From Phoronis australis (taxonomy: Eukaryota; Animalia; Phoronida), in assembly GCA_002633005.1 (NCBI GenBank), contig NMRA01000506.1, positions 206,069 to 270,068 on the forward strand: a DNA stretch of 64,000 nucleotides, written 5' to 3'. Below, piece by piece: positions 41,401 to 53,743 of this stretch. Numbering within the stretch: position 1 is the first letter of the stretch; each line of letters begins with the position of its first letter. A program made the position numbers and the translations under genes. The notes beneath the pieces are model-generated. The model saw only the letters and a list, made by a program, of their open reading frames with translations, had not been told where the DNA came from and did no database searches.

Positions 41401-41491
41401 AGGTCAGGCAACGATACAAACTTCGTCTAAGTCAAAGCTGGTGGAAAATGATGACAGCCTTGAATACTGGCTTGATGAAATCCTAAGATGA
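35289..41491 (+). CDS. AVEN: Cell death regulator Aven homolog, 4 coding exons (35289-35477, 37061-37196, 39018-39178, 40874-41491), ~367 aa
   Basis: GT-AG introns with phases 0/1/0 give one ORF containing YRRRKIESNWQRYE, RGESFQKLLSSTGEALAQFQFEEEKDW, VPLHKRL, LDFLLSLDAP and C-terminal LEYWLDEIL. These parallel human Aven motifs (SKRKIVSNWDRY, RGTDFSVLLSSAG..SQFRFAEEKEW, LDLLLNLDAP, LEDWLDSM). Confidence 0.9.
35517..36005. mobile_element. TTAA-flanked non-autonomous DNA transposon (Kolobok-like) in AVEN intron 1
   Basis: TTAA|AGATTTATAGGAC ... GTCCTACACAACT|TTAA; the interior resembles 60732-61481 and (inverted) 24090-24605. Confidence 0.6.
37061..37196 (+). CDS. AVEN: AVEN exon 2
   Basis: TTTTAG acceptor; VTNHQLVYRRRKIESNWQRYE...LLSST; GTGTGT donor; missing from the ORF track. 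Confidence 0.9.
37411..38220. mobile_element. ~810-bp TA-flanked non-autonomous DNA transposon in AVEN intron 2
   Basis: TA on both sides; CCTAAAGTCGTGA twice at the left end, inverted TCACGACTTTA at ~38002 and ~38199. Confidence 0.7.
39018..39178 (+). CDS. AVEN: AVEN exon 3
   Basis: TTTCAG acceptor; GEALAQFQFEEEKDW...PFEVLD; GTGAGT donor. Confidence 0.9.
39242..41174. repeat. ~966-bp tandem duplication (39242-40207 / 40209-41174) separated by one N; probable haplotype or assembly artefact
   Basis: Offset is 967 bp and the copies meet at N40208. About a dozen substitutions lie in the first ~400 bp; the remainder looks identical, including the 5' half of AVEN exon 4. Confidence 0.9.
39434..39508 (+). 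repeat. tRNA-derived sequence (SINE head or tRNA pseudogene); duplicated at ~40401-40475
   Basis: A-box-like TGGCGCAG..TAGAGCA; anticodon-like arm TCTGC..GCAGA; T-arm CTGGG TTTGAGT CCCAG; acceptor stem poor. Confidence 0.55.
40874..41491 (+). CDS. AVEN: AVEN terminal coding exon
   Basis: TTGCAG acceptor; EKTISKF...LEYWLDEILR then TGA. Confidence 0.88.
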   Translation, partial: EKTISKFNCDAEENRIKYADLVKCKSRTDVSVTSDCKVSMHDDLAGIHNINIDLDQILNPCTIGGATESVLKDNRVVIDHTIKESTRCVSEEKCLDFLLKLDNYMDEEYLGSERAITVDINKGTIDKNSLGLRVEAAEVMKSNSIDKRQELGTGFTEDSPEDVLDFLLSLDAPVKQGQATIQTSSKSKLVENDDSLEYWLDEILR

Positions 41492-43813
41492 GAACTTACA
41501 CTGTTGTTTCTAAAGCTGCTATTTTGCACAGGCTTCTTTCGGCCATAGGCCAGTAATTCGTAAAACTTTCATGCGAATTGACCCTCGTACTGCGGTGAAA
41601 ACCTGATGATAAAATCTGCGAAAAAGAATTGAAAAACAACTGACCTGGAAATTGTTGATAAATATTTGCAACGTAAGGGATGAGTTCATCCTGGATTCCA
41701 AAAATTGGGTGTTCAAAATGTACTTCCCCTATTTCTCATGGTGTGAATGACCAATGACGTGTCACTGTGTTTATATGACCCTATTCAATTTGCTCTAGCT
41801 CACTTATAGTGTGATGTGTTACTATGGAGACATGGGTCTGCAATTAAGTTTGTTATATGTTACATCATATCTTGAATAAGTTCTCTTCTGGACAGGCCAA
41901 TGAGCTCCCAGGGCTATTGTTGGCTAGTTTAAAGAAACACCAATGCTTATTTACTTTTACTTGGAGGTCCAAATGCTTACAGGTGATTATACTGGACTGG
42001 TGATATCATCACCTGGCTCTTCAAGGGATCTGTTTCATGGGTGGGGCACCATAGGGGGCTGGGGGAGGCTATAGCCCCCATTTTTTAAGTGCTGCGCCGC
42101 CCATGAAAGTGACTTTAGACAGAAATTTGGTGTTGCACTCTCACTTCAAAATTACTGAATAAAAGTTTAGCCACACAATAATTAGCATATCACAACCTAT
42201 ATACAAATTATCGCAGTAACCAGAAGTAGTGGGTGTATTTCCAGAGGCTTAGCGTTTTTGCTAAAGTGAGTTTTATTAGTTTTCAGAAATAGTGTGGGTT
42301 GCAGGACTAAATTTCTGGCTTAAGCATGCGCGCACCCAGGAGGGGATCAGGGGGGGCTCATTAGAACTCTAATGAGCCCCCCATTTGGCGAAGTGGGCAA
42401 AAAGGTCCGCCTTAGAGAGACAAAAAGTCCAAGAAAATGAGGCATAAGTCCATTAAACATACTCAAACGCGCAATTCACAGTGGCGCTCCCGTTTTCTTT
42501 TTTTTTTATTTTTTTAGTCCGCCCGCTTTTTTGTTACCAAAAGGTCCACCCACAAAGTCAGGAATTCGAGCCCCCCTCCATATTGAAGTGTGAGTCACAT
42601 TTCATGCAAAAGATCCCTGGAGATACTTCTTTGCAGCCAATAACATGGGAGGAACATGTTTGACTTGGTGAAAAGACGCATTCACAGTGTGCGTGATTAG
42701 ATGCAAGGTGTTTTAAACAAATTGCGGTCTTGTCCTCTAGAAGCCACGAGTATCTGGTCCCGTGCTACCAGTAACCACATAGCAATCTGAAAATATGTCA
42801 TTTCCACATGGCTACATTATGTAAGTGTATTAAATTAATGAGAAATATAAACCATCACCACAGTGCTTGCTTAAATTGCACCCATTTCAGTGCAGTTATT
42901 GAGATTGTGAAATCAGCAGTTTAACAAATGTGCAGAAACCGAAATTCAAATCATACTTAATACAATATTTCACAAATACCATCTACTCAATTATGACGAA
43001 AACCAATTTTTACAAACAAAATTTAATATAGCATACTTGCGGCTTATGAATACTAACATATTTAAATCTACATCATGTTCATCTAGTAATACAGCATTAA
43101 TTTTAAATAACAATCTTATGCAATAATCACAAAAAATACAGTGTAAACAAAATTAAACAATAGATGTTAAGCCCACTTGCAGCCTATGAATTCTCCATTA
43201 TTCAAATTTAAAGCATGTTCACTTCAAACAGTGTTTCTGAAATAATAATCTGGTAAATAATACAAAAATGTGTTGTGAGCAAAATCAAAAAAATAACCCA
43301 AGTGTCGCACCTTTTGAACTCCTAATTAATGGAATCCAAAGTGAATCATGTGACAGCGTGATATATGGGTAATTCTTAATTTTTGAAATTTTTTGTTATA
43401 CAATATCCTGTTTTAAAAAGGCACTACACTAAGTTTCAGGTTTTGTGTACTGTGATATGTCTACAGTTACCTATTGTCCTTGAACTTTACAACAAGTAGA
43501 ACTGTTCAGGATGTCACTGTCTCAGTAAACAAGCTTCAAGCTGTTGTCAAATTCTTAATCCAAAATTGCGGGTTGACGGTTTTACACTGAGCACGATTCA
43601 AAGGACAATATCAAATTGTCACAGACATTGATTTTTCAATGGTTTACGTACTTGCAAAACAATTCGCACTGCGTAAATAACAACCAGTGCTTCCTAATCA
43701 CAGGATTGCCATACACATTAACAAGGAGTCTGACAGTTCTGTTTCTATGAGCCATTGTAAAACTGCATTGAGTCCATCTTTATACGAGCTTTCGTCTCTC
43801 TTCTTGACCATCA

Positions 43814-43893
43814 TCAGCTGCTGAAATCGCCACAGGGCTGTGCATCCATGCTGTCGTCTCCCATGTCATCTATTTTCCGTTTTAATTTCTCAC
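43814..43893 (-). CDS. STYX: STYX terminal coding exon
   Basis: TTGTAG acceptor; (G)EKLKRKIDDMGDDSMDAQPCGDFSS then TGA; resembles the human SLKRTHEEEDD tail. Confidence 0.8.
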
Positions 43894-46800
43894 CTACAAA
43901 CAAGGACATTATCCTTATGAAGAGTACATTCAACGCTACCTTTAGAAGAGTCAGTCACCGATATAGGTTACAAAAACCCTCGTGTTGTGCTCTGATCTGT
44001 GACGTTAATCAATTTCTGAAGAAAACCAGTGATCTTCATTTTATCATTGACTTTTGATGTTTCCTAATATCATTCTGAGTTTTAACTGCCAGTGAAGAAC
44101 CACCATAATGCTCAGTAACATAAATATGACACTGCGTCTGAGTGTAAAATTTATATCCCAAATACGTATGCAATGTCCATGATATTTCTTACTAAATATA
44201 ACTGGCCTCAATACACCTTACGCAGTGTCCCATACTTAAGAAATGTGACAAATGACAAAATCACCCATGACCGAACATTAAGAATTAAAAAAATAAGAAT
44301 GCAATTTCGATTTGAATTTCAGTGTCACAATTATAGAGACTGTCATTTGTCCCAATTTTTACCCTAATTTAATGAGTTTGACAAGAACTGACCAATCACT
44401 TTGCAATAGCGCTGTTGAACACTATACTGGCTTGTGCAGATTCTAGGTTCCTCAGAGTCTTCTAATAAGTTTGGAATGACACATGCTCTTGACTTATAGG
44501 CCCACGATATAACAGCCACCCATTATGCATTGCAAAATCAAAGGGAATATATTAAAAACATGACCACATAATTTCCATATAGTCCTGGCTCTTCTAAGGA
44601 AGATAGAACCAGCATAAGCCAGTGTAGTAGCTTGAAGCAAGTCATCCATTGCTGATCACATGATTAACTGTGGATGGAGTGAACTCCAGGTCAGCAGGTC
44701 ACCTTCGAGTGGTTTGCATACAACATCGATTTTGTTGCAAAATCAATGACACGAAACAATATTTTAAATGTTCGGCAAAAACTGTGTGACAAAGTACCAG
44801 AAGTTGGGTAGGATTTGCAGCAAATCTATGAACTTATAATGAAGTCACCAGTCATCAAAGGTTTTCTAATATAGGCGATCTCTCATTGGTTCCGCAAACT
44901 TGCAGGTCTTTTGTGTTTCAGGAGTTTGGATTGGACTCGTGAATTGCAGGCTGTTCATATTCAGACAAAAATTTCCTACATAGTCACATTAGCTGGTGAT
45001 TCAATGGACAGGTAAACAAACTGGATAAACTATGTTCCATATTAGAAAACAACAATGGACAGGTAAACAAACTGGATAAACTATGTTCCATAGTAGAAAA
45101 CAACAACTATATGACAAGAAATTGAAATTAAAATATCAAATTTTCCTTTGAATTCTGTGTTTTGCTACACGCACAGTCCATACTTTTAAAACAGCATTTT
45201 TGTGAAATAGGGGTACAAGTAACCTTAAGACTGAACTTGGGCTCAACGATCAGCATAACGTCAACTCACCAAATGTGACCTGGTAAAATTTCCAGGTCGC
45301 CAAATGGTATACGAGGTCACTAAAAAAGATAACCCCGCATAAGATGGTGCAAAGTCTTGGTCCTAACAAACAATGCACAGTTAAGATTCCAAACTTCAAA
45401 AACGAAAAAACAGAGCAGCTGAATTAGAAAATTTGAGGAATCTGAAACAATGTCAAAAGGACAAGGAGCAATCCCAAAGATGCCATCAGGGCATTTTCTT
45501 AGTTGAATGAAAAATAGGGATGAAATGTGCACAATGACAATGGATTTACCGAAGGTACTTAAGGAGGAAGAAAACTTTGTCTAAAAATTCACCAAATTCA
45601 TGGCCACATGGAGTTTTTATCTGATTGCCAAACAGAGTTCGAGGTCGCATCGGTGAGCTGTAGGTTGCCAAATCAAGTGTTGGAGCTCAATAAATTGGAC
45701 GGAATTTCTCGATCGTCATTTTATCTGTCAAAAGCAAAGTCAGTTGAAAGGACAAAGACTAATTGTGCACAAAACACTAGATGGAGACAGATGGTGCTTT
45801 TAGATCACTTACCTTTCCATTCTGACGGTTGGCCATTTCGGTGAGACAGTCTAGCAAGGTAGATAGGCTCGTACTCCTAAAAAAGTTAACACTTTTAGTT
45901 TTCAGTCACACACTTGAAAACACTTCAACCTTTCAATTGAAGAACCATTTTCACTGCAACTTTTTATTACCATCATCAAAAATTCGTCAGAGTCTTAATT
46001 ACTTTTTACTATTGTCAGGAAGTCAATATTGATTGTTGTAATATTCCTAAAGAGACTAGTAGGATTCACTTCTGTCACTATTGATATCCCACTACTTTCA
46101 ACCATTAAAGTGGGTAATGGTCGAATATAACATGCCTGAACTTTGAGAACCAGTTTTCTCCACTAAATAACAAGCACCAAACTGGTTCTCAAAATACGGG
46201 CACGTTATATCCAACTATTGCCTTGAAGTGTACAGTAATTCTTCACTTACCGGTATTTAGCTCAAAATATGCCCAACAAGTAAAATTTTATTTTGTTAAA
46301 TTTCTTAACAAAAGTGAAGATTAAGAACATTTTATATGAATATTACAATATCAATTTCAATATGGCGTGGAAAATATGTTGCAAACATTTTGAGTCTTGT
46401 CAGCACGCCATCTGTTGGTTACAATCATACATTGTGGTAAGTAGATGACATAAAACAACATTCGTTCAAATTCCCATTGTTTGCAAAGAGGTAATCTGCC
46501 TTTGAAAAATGGAAAATTGACAATTTCGGAAATTATTTTTGTGCGAAGTAAGTAAGTGGCTTTGATGTTTAAAACATCACCAACTTCAAACTAGTAATTA
46601 TTAAAGGACAAAACAGAGTTTTAAATTTTTTTTTCACAAACATGGTGAGGTCATGGGAATTTCATTGGCATTTTACAGGCCTTCCTGGGAAACTAATTGT
46701 ATTTTCTCTGTAACTACTGTTCAGAGAATGTAAGGACTTATGGCTTAGAGTATTTTTTCCCATATCAAAGATAACAATTCATTTTGATGTATAACATTCA

Positions 46801-49800
46801 AAAATAATTATCTGCCATATAGAAGTAAAAATTAACATCTATAAGCACCATTACGACCACAGTAAAACAAGAGCAACACGTAGTGTTGATATTCTCACTC
46901 TGTGCATTGCATGTGCTGCAGATAAAAAGGACGGTTGTTATTTCAAATATTCCCACTAAAGGGAGCAATGATAGTGAACTTAAAATAGCCTCTAGGGGGT
47001 GCAGAGCATGTAGGCAATGCTCTCCTCAATAGGAACACACCTACCAAAATCAAAAAAATAAAACTGCTACTAGGGGTACAGTAGTAGTCAGAAACCTTGT
47101 CCAAAATTCGTCATCCGAAGTCACGTTCATAAAATGCATATGCCAATTTCACAATGAAATTCATGGATTACTTTACTTTTAGCACATTGGCATTTGTATG
47201 CGGAAATATCATTTGAAGCAATAACTTACCAAAAGTTGACGGGCAAAGCCTTCGTTAGGGAAGACACAAAATCGCTTGGCCTGTACGATTCTAAGTGCTT
47301 CTCTAAAATAACAAACCACAACAAGATAAATTTAGAGCACAACAGATTACATATTCTATTTCTTAACACAAAAAAGTTTCTTGAAATTCAAAGTTGAAAA
47401 CAACCATGATGCCGAATTTTTATGTTTTTTGTCAGAAATCTACATGATTGTAGGATGACGAACCAATTTTTGTTTTAACTGCTGTTACTTTTAAAATGAA
47501 CAGGATGCAAAATGATGTGCAGACTAAACTGAACTGATAGTTTTGGTTGAGATGATGCATGGGCAAAAATTGCACCAACAAAAATTAGTTCAGGTAAGAG
47601 TCTTTCCCATGTTTTTAAAAAAAACAATAAGTCCATTCATTTAAAGTTGACATGTACCAGCCTTCAGTCAAACAATATTATTTTTTATATCGACGAGTTA
47701 CTGTCATAAAACTGGATTCAACTTGCAGCTTACTCAGACTAGCAGTTCCTGGACCTGACAAACTGAAATTTCATTTATGGTTGAGGCCATGTGTACAGCA
47801 GCGTTTTTGAGATCTCATCTTGAACACTTATGTAAACTAAAATTTGTCCATCGCATTGATACTGTTGCTGTGCAATCAATACGCCTTTCTTTTCTATAAA
47901 TTCATTACAAAGACATGGTCATGTGACCCAATTAGTGGCAGTTGGTAAAGAGTAAAAAATAAATTATACAGGGTTTCAACATTTACAGAGTGGAAATCTT
48001 TGGTAGAGATGTGGGTAAATACACAGATTTGACAGCAAGGTCCTATAGATCTAACATCTCAGTTCATTTATAAGAAGCTGACAAGCAAAATGATAGTAAA
48101 ATGTTTTAGAAGCTATTAAAATCAGTACCATTTTGAAAATAAGTCACCAAGAAAGGTACCAAAGCTTCAGTGGCTTATGTTCTAAACAAGTTGGCACACA
48201 TGGTCAGTATCGTGTTCAGTTTCATAAATAAGATGTAAATCTCTTTGTGCAAAATTGTAATCCTCGGCCCATTTAAGGTTCTAGTGGTCACATGGTTAGA
48301 TCTGACCTATGTCTGCACAAAGAAATGACAACAGGTGGAGTATTGCAGGCAATAGGAAAGGTGGCAGGTGTGCATAGCATACCATTCAAGTTTTGAAAAA
48401 TTGTGTATTTTCTGTGCACCTGATCAGTCTAACTTGTCAAGAGGATCTGTCCCTCGTGCTACTTTACCAATCTTTAAGTAAGGTAGCAGAAATGACCCAA
48501 ATATTTACAGGAGAATCGCCCAACTTTTGGACATGGCACAAAATGTACTTTTGAGAGGAAAGTGTAAGAAAAGCAGTCACAAAATACAAATTCTAAAACC
48601 TATCATTGGCTCTTAGACTACGGTAACAATAAACAAATTCTAAAACCTATCATTGGCTCTTAGACTACGGTAACAATAAACAAATTCTAAAACCTATCAT
48701 TGGCTCTTAGACTACGGTAACAATAAACAAATTCTAAAACCTATCATTGGCTCTTAGACTACGGTAACAATAAACAAATTGCCCGCGTAGCCACACACCC
48801 ACCTGTATGGGAGTCCATATTTTTCCATAATATATGCAATGACTAAAGCAGCACTGTAAATACGAAGGAGAACAGTTATTAGCAAAACCTACAAAATACA
48901 GTACAAGCCAAAAGTATTCAGACTAAGTGACTCGGAACTTTATGTCATGACAGCTGAGCAGAAGCCAAATTCATCATCAGCGTGGTCTTCTCTCATGAAC
49001 GATAACGAAGTGTAATTAACAGAAAAGTTAGTACGGTGTCTTTTTGCAATTAGAATTTTTCCACCTAATAAGTATTAGCAGAATTAGCTGACATGATGGG
49101 AAAACAGTATTTATCTAGTTCCTTTTGTCTCGTGCTGTATAAATCCTTATTTTGTAGAAACAGGCATTTCTTACCTCACACCATAAAAAATGCCAGACCT
49201 AGGTTTGTTGTAATTTTGTGATACTGAAATTCTTTAAAAACTTTACATCCAACAGAAATGGAATCTTATCACAGAAAGGAATATCACGAGATCAATTTCT
49301 GAGTCTCAGAGTAGAAAGCCTCATTTCATTTTTATTTTTAGCCAGCTAAGCACGGCAAAATATAGCTTTAACACCATGGCAGACACTTAGGAAATTGCTG
49401 CAATGTAATTGGTGGTGTTGACATTTGCAGTGTCATACATGAAATCACTGCGAAGAAATACAATGACCACTTGATTCCGACAGTGGGACAACTGTAGATG
49501 CTTTCTCAGAGCCCGTCTGCCATGTAGTAGCAAGATGACTGATGATTGATTACTTACCTACGTGAAATACCAGCATTTCCATGCACAAGAACTTTACCTA
49601 AAGATTAAGCAAAAAAGAAAACAATGTCAATGAGTGACTCGCATATGTTTCCTTAGAAAAAATCAAGGAAAGTTCAAGTACTGAAAACCTGACAGTTGCA
49701 CAGATAGGGTTTTAGTTAAGAACCAAACCACCAGACAGTTACGTAGTTGAATTTTGTGGTAAACCAAGTGTCATCTCACAATTCTTGACATGAGTACAGA

Positions 49801-52800
49801 AGTCCAGTTGAACAGATTTCATTTCTCTTTTGTTATGTCCAGTGCATAAAATGACCCGCCAACTTGTTCATCTTCATCTCACGCAATAATGAGCCGTCAG
49901 TTCTTTATAACAGGGCCATCATTCGTCCGAGTGGAGAGGTACCTGCACCTTCTGAGAGGGGATTTTTGGGGCCGGTCAGGGAAAATTCTACCCCCCGATC
50001 ACCATCAATAGCACCCCCCACCCTGATGCAGGCCCTCATAGGCGCTGACTCAAGTAGCCAAAATTAACATTTAGTGCTCTTTCAAATTTTCACCAGTGTG
50101 AGTTACAGGTGATTTGAACATCAAGGAGAATTCTTCAATCACTCTTTGGGCCTCGTGAGAGGATTTTTGCCTGATTTTTCAATTTTTTCAGAGCGGAATG
50201 GGGCTGAATACCGAGGAACTGAGGGCCCTGCACAAGCACAGATATTACGTCTAACCTTAGTAAGAAACAAGTCGAGATCAGTTTCATAATGTTAAGTTGT
50301 CTAAATCAAAAGTTAGTTTTTGGCTTCTTCTGTTCTCACTTTGTTGGTAATTTTACCATAACTCTTACCACCACACTCTAGGCATCCATCCACGAACTGA
50401 CTGACTTGTGGAAAATGTTGAATTATGTTCTCTGTTAATGAGTCAGATATTTCCAGGACGAGGTACCTATAATAAATGACACATAAATCTTTTTGTATAA
50501 AATAAATTCAGTAAAAATTTACAATTATAATATTCCTTTAATTTAGGATGATGTGTCCATAGTTATGAGCTTGAAAGCAACTGCAAAACACCAAAAGGTA
50601 CTAAATAATGAATAAAAAACAAACCATGGTACTTTGAGCACCTGAAAATGCATGCATTGTCTAAAAAGCTAAGTTCCAATCAAAGAAAAATGCTAATTGC
50701 ATAACTATGAAACTAATGTAAATGATGCAACAGTAAATAAGAGATTTTCACAAATAGCAGCTTGATTCTAAATGAAAATACGGTAATTGAACTGCATTCG
50801 TTTCCTTAAAACTCACCTGAAGTCATTGGTAAAATTTGGTTTTATAAAGTTTGCCTCCATCACATGGCGAATACAAATGACATGAGTGATGCCATTTTCT
50901 TTCAAATAGTTGAACTAAAATCAGAATAGCAAAGCAGGTCTTTGTTACTAGGTATTGGACACTATCATACATCCAGGAAAAGATCTTGATGCGAAAAAAT
51001 ATTGAAAACTTTTGAAGAAAAACACACATGGCTCCCCTACAATCAGGAAAAAAAATCAAGTGATTTTTCCAGAATTCTTGAATTATAAGTTTTTAGATCC
51101 GGTTCTGTGGATTTCAGTGCAGACATTGAAAAACAGCACATAAGTATTTAGACTACAAATTGATAAACATTCCAACTTACTTCATCTCTTTAACAACTTC
51201 AGAAGGACACAATTTTATGAAAATTTAAGAATTGTGCCTTAGTTTTTAATCCCTCATAATTTTTCTTAATTCGTTTATGTAAATCTCCTCTTACTCAGTG
51301 CATCAAATTGTAGAACCATATTCATTGTCATCTAATAACTGCATAGTTTTGAAACGCTTAAACTTTCTAATAGATATAGTATCCACTTTCACTTTTAATA
51401 GCAAATTTAAATTTTAATTACTTAACAGTCTCATCAATATAGCCACTCTGTGTTTTTTCATAATTATGTTTAAATTATTTGTAGTTAGACTGTTCAATAT
51501 TCTATGTATTATGTTGTTATACCTTAGAAATTATCTTTTGTAATTTTGAAATCTGTCTGCAATGATCCTCATCATATTTATGATTATATTTGTTAATTTG
51601 CCTAATCAATGCAGTGACAAGTCAGAACAGGTTGTGGAAAACACCGCTATCCATTCAAGACAACTTACCTGAACACATGGTTATTCCATTTAAAAAGGTT
51701 ATCAAGAACAAGAAAACAATTTAGATGACCAATTTTGACGTTAATGGAACATCCATTTCATTTTACTTTATTATGACGATACCTTTGACTTGTTGGCTGC
51801 TGCGTAGGGGCCAAGGAAGACCCCTGGTACTATCTCCTGCATCTCACGCCACATCACATAAGACCAGTCCTGCAGTAGAAATACTTACAATTAAATACAA
51901 GTATTTTAGTTCAGTAACAGAAGAAAACTTGCAACAATAGCTGACTTTCGAAATAGCTGTGCAATATTGAAATTCATTATCCCGCCAGATGGCGATCAGG
52001 TCTTTGGTGGACAGGCGTTCAGCACCTACAGATCCCATGTAATGCAGACGAGAAAACAACGTTTCAACACCTTTCCTGCTTGACAATGCCGCCAAATTTC
52101 CAATGCTGTGAAGTGGATGTATTACTGCTTTACGAAAAAAGGCAAACGTTTTAAAATATCAATGAATGAACAAGAACATCATGTTCCATACATTCCCCAC
52201 TGCAAAGAAGAACCTGTGACAAAGCTTTTACACATTAATAAAGCATGAAAATGGTTCCAGGTAATCAGTGCAATGGGCCCACCTGAGTGACCTGCGCAGG
52301 TCTGGTACAACATGTACCAGACCTGCATGTTGTAACAGACCTCCTGCAATTATTTTGCTATTTTGATTGTGAAATGAACTTAGGGGCTTCACGGGGTATA
52401 CGCTGGACACGCTGTTATCACTGGCTTTGTTTCAAATGAAATCAAACATCTTAATTCTTCAGGCAACTTTTACCCTAACGGACCTGATTCAATGATTTCC
52501 TGGTTCCCTAACAGTGTTGTGATTAGTGAACAATGTCTGAGTAGCTGAATCAAGCGCTGTTTTTGGCATGTGCATGTTATTTTAAGAAAAACCTTTCTTC
52601 ACTTTATTTTTAATTTTATGGGGTATACTCCGGGGTATATAGTCCGGTTACCTATTGTCGTCAGGCTCCAAAGGTCGTCCGCCATCTTGTTTCGCGTGCA
52701 GCGCAACCACGCGGGACTTAGCGTTCCAATTTGGAGTGCTCGTGTGCACGTTAGGTACTAACTTATCGGAAGAGACACGTATCAAAGTAATGAGACAAAA

Positions 52801-53743
52801 ATCGGTGAGTTTACCGATTGTTTTTTAAAACCACTTAAAAATCAGTAGATTTTACTAATACACTTTTTTGTGCGTTTTCAGAAGATGTTTTCGAATTTAA
52901 ATTTTCTTCCGACGGGACACAAAACATGATCCAGGGTTTGTTTATGCAATGTATCTGTTTTTCCCAGGCACTAGTAGGATCTAGAAGGCCAAAGGAAAAA
53001 TCCGCAGACAAATGCGATACGCTGGGTTCTTAACATTTTTGCCTCACATTCACCATTAAACTGCATTGAAATGTTGTCCAATTGGCTTTTATTGGAAACC
53101 ACAGTGCAGAGCTCAACATCAAAGCTTCAAATCGAGTTTATGTCAATAAAAACAGGCTGTTGCAATTTTCATTACTTCGTTGGCCTTTTTCTGCATGTTT
53201 CTCAGTTTTTACAAAAGGGGGCAGCATATGACGAACTTAGGTGTCACAATAAAATGGCTGCCGAAGGCAGTGCACATTTGAAATAACTCGGCACAAATTA
53301 AAGAAAACTTCCGAATCGATGAATGCGGTATATCTGTGAGAGTTAAATCGAATCCTATTCAGATCATAACTTTGAAGTGGAATAATTCGGTGAGTACAAC
53401 AGCAAGTCGGTTTTATGCTTAGGCGGACGACCATTGGGTTCCCGAGTATAATAGTATAAAGTTAGGATGTGGCAGGTCTCTGATTTAGAGATCAAGGCAA
53501 CTATTGAATATCGTGGCCCTTTGCCTTTTATCTGTAATTCAATGTATGAAACTGGTTTTTTAAATAAATCAAGGACATCTGCCCTATAATGCTGGTTTTC
53601 CACAGAGCGCAATGTAAAAATCAGCTTCTTTATTCTACCGAGTGAGAGTGAGAGAGAACTGAGTCTGAGTGAGACAGACGATCACTTACAGATTCGGAAT
53701 CTTCAATGTTGAAAGGGACTGGAGGGAAAGTTAAAGATTCCAT
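43814..53743 (-). CDS. STYX: Serine/threonine/tyrosine-interacting protein (pseudophosphatase), 9 coding exons, 214 aa
   Basis: Exons 53743-53690, 51869-51783, 50914-50817, 50466-50369, 49597-49558, 48853-48803, 47302-47230, 45876-45813 and 43893-43814 total 645 nt, all GT-AG and phase-compatible. Protein motifs: REMQEIVPGVFLGPY, GITHVICIR..EANFIKPNF, YLVLEISD..ENIIQHF, KVLVHGNAGISRSAALVIAYIME, RFCVFPNEGF..QLLEYEPIYLA. Confidence 0.96.
45002..45106. repeat. Tandem duplication, 51 bp x2
   Basis: CAATGGACAGGTAAACAAACTGGATAAACTATGTTCCATA(T/G)TAGAAAACAA repeated. Confidence 0.95.
45813..45876 (-). CDS. STYX: STYX exon 8
   Basis: EYEPIYLARLSHRNGQPSEWK; GTAAGT donor. Confidence 0.9.
47230..47302 (-). 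CDS. STYX: STYX exon 7
   Basis: EALRIVQAKRFCVFPNEGFARQLL; GTAAGT donor. Confidence 0.93.
48586..48780. repeat. Minisatellite, 47-bp unit x4 identical copies plus a partial copy
   Basis: ACAAATTCTAAAACCTATCATTGGCTCTTAGACTACGGTAACAATAA at 48586, 48633, 48680 and 48727. Confidence 0.97.
48803..48853 (-). CDS. STYX: STYX exon 6
   Basis: (S)AALVIAYIMEKYGLPY(R); GTGGGT donor. Confidence 0.93.
49558..49597 (-). CDS. STYX: STYX exon 5 (pseudo-active site)
   Basis: (G)KVLVHGNAGISR(S); GTAAGT donor. Confidence 0.95.
49910..50230. mobile_element. ~320-bp non-autonomous DNA transposon, copy 2 (STYX intron 4)
   Basis: CAGGGCCATC...GAGGGCCCTG termini; homologous to 13837-14162. Confidence 0.7.
50369..50466 (-). 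CDS. STYX: STYX exon 4
   Basis: YLVLEISDSLTENIIQHFPQVSQFVDGCLECG; GTAAGA donor. Confidence 0.94.
50817..50914 (-). CDS. STYX: STYX exon 3
   Basis: FNYLKENGITHVICIRHVMEANFIKPNFTNDF(R); GTGAGT donor. Confidence 0.94.
51783..51869 (-). CDS. STYX: STYX exon 2
   Basis: CTGCAG acceptor; DWSYVMWREMQEIVPGVFLGPYAAANKSK; GTATCG donor. Confidence 0.93.
51933..52115. repeat. Interspersed repeat, copy 2 (STYX intron 1)
   Basis: Homologous to 22505-22720, same orientation. Confidence 0.8.
52624..53450. mobile_element. Probable non-autonomous DNA transposon in STYX intron 1
   Basis: Inverted pairs TATACTCCGGG / CCCGAGTATA and GGTCGTCCGCC / GGCGGACGACC near the two ends. Confidence 0.45.
53690..53743 (-). 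CDS. STYX: STYX exon 1
   Basis: MESLTFPPVPFNIEDSES, then GTAAGT donor. Confidence 0.88.

Noticed and set aside
48586-48780. Regularly spaced repeats (also 27911-28036) as a CRISPR array
   Set aside because: Head-to-tail units with no unique spacers, eukaryotic context and no cas genes.
43814-53743. KIAA1328/hinderin as the gene head-to-head with TPGS2 (human arrangement)
   Set aside because: The spliced translation is clearly STYX.
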